Both the position numbers and the translations under genes were made by a program. From Macrostomum lignano (taxonomy: Eukaryota): DNA of 64,000 nucleotides. Below the pieces are notes generated by a model. That model was not told the origin of the DNA and did not search any database. It worked only from the letters and a program-made list of their open reading frames with translations. The stretch spans positions 1 to 64,000 of the forward strand of contig NIVC01000284.1 of NCBI GenBank assembly GCA_002269645.1, written 5' to 3'. Of this stretch, positions 60,610 to 64,000 are shown piece by piece; positions within the stretch are counted from its first letter, which is position 1, and every line of letters starts with the position of its first letter.

Positions 60610-61451
60610 AGACCGAGTTCGTGGACGTGGCCTCAGCCAGCAGCACCTCCATCAAACTCAGGCCGATCCACAACCGACTCATGTCGAAGCCGAGCCGCAG
60701 ATGCTCCGAGCCTCCTATCGAAACCATCAACTATGTCAGGCACTTCTCCAACGCCTCGCTGAACGTGGTCACCAAGGCCTACTCAAAGTCCATCTCCGAT
60801 TTCGTAGTCGAGGCACAGCAGAGCATCCTGCACAGCAACTGCGGCTGCTATTCACACCTGCTCCCGTTCTCGGTGAATACGAGCGACCTGTGCTACTTCG
60901 CTCCACCGCAGGAGTGGATCACCCCATCGGATGCTGTGCTGAAGAGAATTGACTGCCATGATCACTGGTTTCAGCACGCACAGAGGAAAAGCCAAGAGCT
61001 AGCGAAGCAGTTCCAGCACCGGATGTGGTGCCACTTCACCCAGCAACGGCCTTGGCAGCAGAGCCGCAGTTGGCCCCCGTTCAGCGCCATTCAAGAGATC
61101 TGGGAGAACCTGATGGTGCCGCAAGTCAGACATGGAGTCGAGTTCCTGCCCGAGGATGGCAAAGTGCATCACATTTTTCGGAACAGCACCGAAACCAGGC
61201 AGGAAATTCAGCTGTATATGCTAGCTCGAGGGTACGAAGGTTGCAATTTCAATGTTTTAGGAAAATTTAATGTTACTGACCTAAGCTCGCTTGAAGACTA
61301 TAGAAGAAAAATCGTTGAATCTGCAGCGTCTTGTATTCCTCGCAGCGAACTGGCCAAAGAGCTGGCAGCAGTCCGTATCAGCTTGCAGAGTCCTGCGGCG
61401 GATGCTTACGAAGAGATGTACAAGTACCACTGGACCGAGGCCCTGTCGGAG
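60610..61451 (+). CDS. DEG/ENaC channel exon 2 (Cys-rich thumb to pre-TM2)
   Basis: Acceptor CCGCAG|AG (phase 1). VASASSTSIKL, CGC..C..C, EEMYKYHWTEALSE. Donor GAG|GTAAGA (phase 0). Confidence 0.88.
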
Positions 61452-61487
61452 GTAAGAGCTGCTTTCCGGTTGCAATATTCCCGCATT

Positions 61488-62390
61488 TCAGACATCCCGC
61501 ACTGACATCCCGCTACGGTTCCTTTGGCCGCACTGACATCCCGCTACGGTTCCTTTGGCCGCACTGACATCCCGCTACGGTTCCTTTGGCCGCACTGACA
61601 TCCCGCTACGGTTCCTTTGGCCGCACTGACATCCCGCTACGGTTCCTTTGGCCGCACTGACATCCCGCTACGGTTCCTACGGTTCCTTTGGCCGCACTGG
61701 CATCCCGCTACGGTTCCTTTGGCCGCACTGGCATCCCGCTAAGGTTCCTTTGGCCGCACTGGCATCCCGCTAAGGTTCCTTTGGCCGCACTGACATCCCG
61801 CTACGGTTCCTTTGGCCGCACTGGCATCCCGCTACGGTTCCTTTGGCCGCACTGACATCCCGCTACGGTTCCTTTGGCCGCACTGACATCCCGCTACGGT
61901 TCTTTTGGCCGCACTGACATCCCGCTACGGTTCCTTTGGCCGCACTGACATCCCGCTACGGTTCCTTTGGCCGCACTGACATCCCGCTACGGTTCCTACG
62001 GTTCCTTTGGCCGCACTGGCATCCCGCTACGGTTCCTTTGGCCGCACTGGCATCCCGCTACGGTTCCTTTGGCCGCACTGACATCCCGCTACGGTTCCTT
62101 TGGCCGCACTGACATCCCGCTACGGTTCCTTTGGCCGCACTGGCATCCCGCTACGGTTCCTTTGGCCGCACTGACATCCCGCTACGGTTCCTTTGGCCGC
62201 ACTGGCATCCCGCTACGGTTCCTTTGGCCGCACTGGCATCCCGCTACGGTTCCTTTGGCCGCACTGACATCCCGCTACGGTTCCTTTGGCCGCACTGGCA
62301 TCCCGCTACGGTTCCTTTGGCCGCACTGGCATCCCGCTACGGTTCCTTTGGCCGCACTGGCATCCCGCTACGGTTCCTTTGGCCGCACTG
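61488..62390. repeat. 31-bp minisatellite (ACTGACATCCCGCTACGGTTCCTTTGGCCGC) filling ENaC intron 2
   Basis: Direct periodicity. Confidence 0.96.
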
Positions 62391-62486
62391 AGCTTCTGCC
62401 CAGTTTCTTCCCTAGCAACAGGGCAGCAGCTGATTTGACATCTGCTCAAAAATTCGAGTACTGCATGCTTTCTCCATATCCCGCAG

Positions 62487-62618
62487 ATTGGAGGAACTCT
62501 GGGACTCTGGCTCGGCATCAGCGTCGTGAGCACATTTGAGCTGCTTGAGTTCATCTATATTCTGGTGCAGAAGTGCAGGAGAAACGATGACGACTCGGAC
62601 ATTGAAGAAGAGTCCTGA
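62487..62618 (+). CDS. DEG/ENaC channel exon 3 (TM2, GxS filter, short acidic tail)
   Basis: Acceptor CCCGCAG|ATT (phase 0) gives ALSE|IGGTLGLWLGISVVSTFELLEF..DDDSDIEEES*. Total about 612 aa. Not in the supplied ORF track. Confidence 0.92.
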   Translation: MGGTLGLWLGISVVSTFELLEFIYILVQKCRRNDDDSDIEEES

Positions 62619-62837
62619 GTTCGAATCGAATCTGCATAGCGGTTTGGATCGGTCACTGGCTTCAGTTTCAATTCATTGCAAATGGCCCACTGAGCTCAGT
62701 GTTGAAGCTCATCATTGATTCTATTTCAGCAGCGTATATTGATAGAGAATTGCAGAAGCATCGCTTCTTCGCTGCTCAGTCTGTGAGCAATTGGTAACCC
62801 TCTGTTGACTGTTTCTAGCAATTCTTCAAGCTTAACA

Positions 62838-63530
62838 TGATAAATTTCTGTAATGTCCCAGCGTGATAAATTTCTGTAATGTATTATTACAGCTTGATAA
62901 ATTTCTGTAATGTATTGTCACAGCTTGATAAATTTCTGTAATGTATTGTCACAGCTTGATAAATTTCTGTAATGTATTGTCACTGCTTGATAAATTTCTG
63001 TAATGTATTGTCACTGCTTGATAAATTTCTGTAATGTATTGTCACAGCTTGATAAATTTCTGTAATGTATTGTCACAGCTTGATAAATTTCTGTAATGTA
63101 TTGTCACTGCTTGATAAATTTCTGTAATGTCCCAGCGTGATAAATCTCTGTAATGTATTGTCACAGCATGATAAACTTCTGTAATTTACTTTCACAGCTT
63201 GATAAATTTCTGTAATGTATTATTACAGCATGATAAATTTCTGTAATGTATTATTACAGCATGATAAATTTCTGTAATGTATTATTACAGCTTGATAAAT
63301 TTCTGTAATGTATTGTCACTGCTTGATAAATTTCTGTAATGTCCCAGCGTGATAAATCTCTGTAATGTATTGTCACAGCATGATACGCTCGTAAACTTCT
63401 GTAATTTACTTTCACAGCATGATAATTTTCTGTAATGTATTGTCACAGCATGATAAACTTCTGTAATTTACTGTCACAGCATGATAAATTTGTGTTATGT
63501 ACTGTCCCAGAATGATAAATTTCTCTAATG
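62838..63530. repeat. 31-bp AT-rich minisatellite (TTGATAAATTTCTGTAATGTATTGTCACAGC)
   Basis: Direct periodicity. Confidence 0.94.
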
Positions 63531-63821
63531 TACTGTCAACAAATCGGTTGCTTGTCCCTGTCGCGAAAATACACAAGCCTACTGGCTCCTACAAATCCTT
63601 TGTTTTTAATATTTAGCAATCGAGTTTCTCGCGAAGATTTCGAGCACCATTTCATTTTCAAATTTGAATTAAAACGAGTTCTTAAAGAACGCTTCTTGCA
63701 TGTTAAAAGTCATTTTAAAATTCGAAAATTTCTTAGTGTAGTTGTCATGACAGGCTTACTTAGAGCAAAAGGAAACAATTAATCCCCTTTAGATTCTCGG
63801 GCCTAGTGAGGGTGGTTAGTT

Positions 63822-64000
63822 AGATTAGATTAGTGGGTGTGTCTTGAGATTAGTGGGTGTCTTGGTATTAGTGGGTGTGTCTTGGGATTAGTGGATGTGT
63901 CTTGGGATTATTGGGTGTGTCTTGGGATTAGTGGGTGTGTCTTAGGATTAGTGGGTGTGTCTTAGGATTAGGATCTTGGGATCTTATGATTAGTGGGTGT
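63822..64000. repeat. 20-bp tandem repeat (GATTAGTGGGTGTGTCTTGG) running off the window end
   Basis: Direct periodicity. Confidence 0.9.

Overview
Eukaryotic, repeat-rich invertebrate DNA. The abundance of minisatellites and the gene style suggest a lophotrochozoan such as a Macrostomum-like flatworm, but that is inference. Host genes, with exons reconstructed from GT/AG sites and phase matching: (1) a + strand 4-exon gene at 4837-9931 encoding an IFIT-like TPR N-terminus, a putative HEPN-like domain and two duplicated ZC3H7/RoXaN-type CCCH modules, split by one frameshift at a T5 run; (2) two 3' exons of an AMP deaminase (20498-22352, +) with no 5' part in the window; (3) a - strand NR1-like nuclear receptor over about 25.1-49.5 kb with an atypical second zinc finger; (4) a complete 3-exon DEG/ENaC channel (59482-62618, +). 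Mobile DNA: an intact-looking Ty3/Gypsy pol (1-3218), a decayed Ty3/Gypsy element with both LTRs clipped (13129-16897, -), a PIF/Harbinger element with an intact transposase and a frameshifted Myb/SANT partner (16898-20112), two non-autonomous hAT elements with 8-bp TSDs inside one minisatellite, and three tRNA-derived SINE copies. About 20 tandem arrays fill most introns and generate most of the long spurious ORFs. Two candidates stand out as new biology. The first is the IFIT-TPR + HEPN-like + CCCH fusion, a possible RNA sensor-nuclease. The second is six dispersed mimics of the 28S rRNA R2-retrotransposon target region, in which both flanks and an exact 19-nt spacing are kept while the central cleavage site is scrambled. 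All homology calls are by-eye motif recognition; no searches were run.
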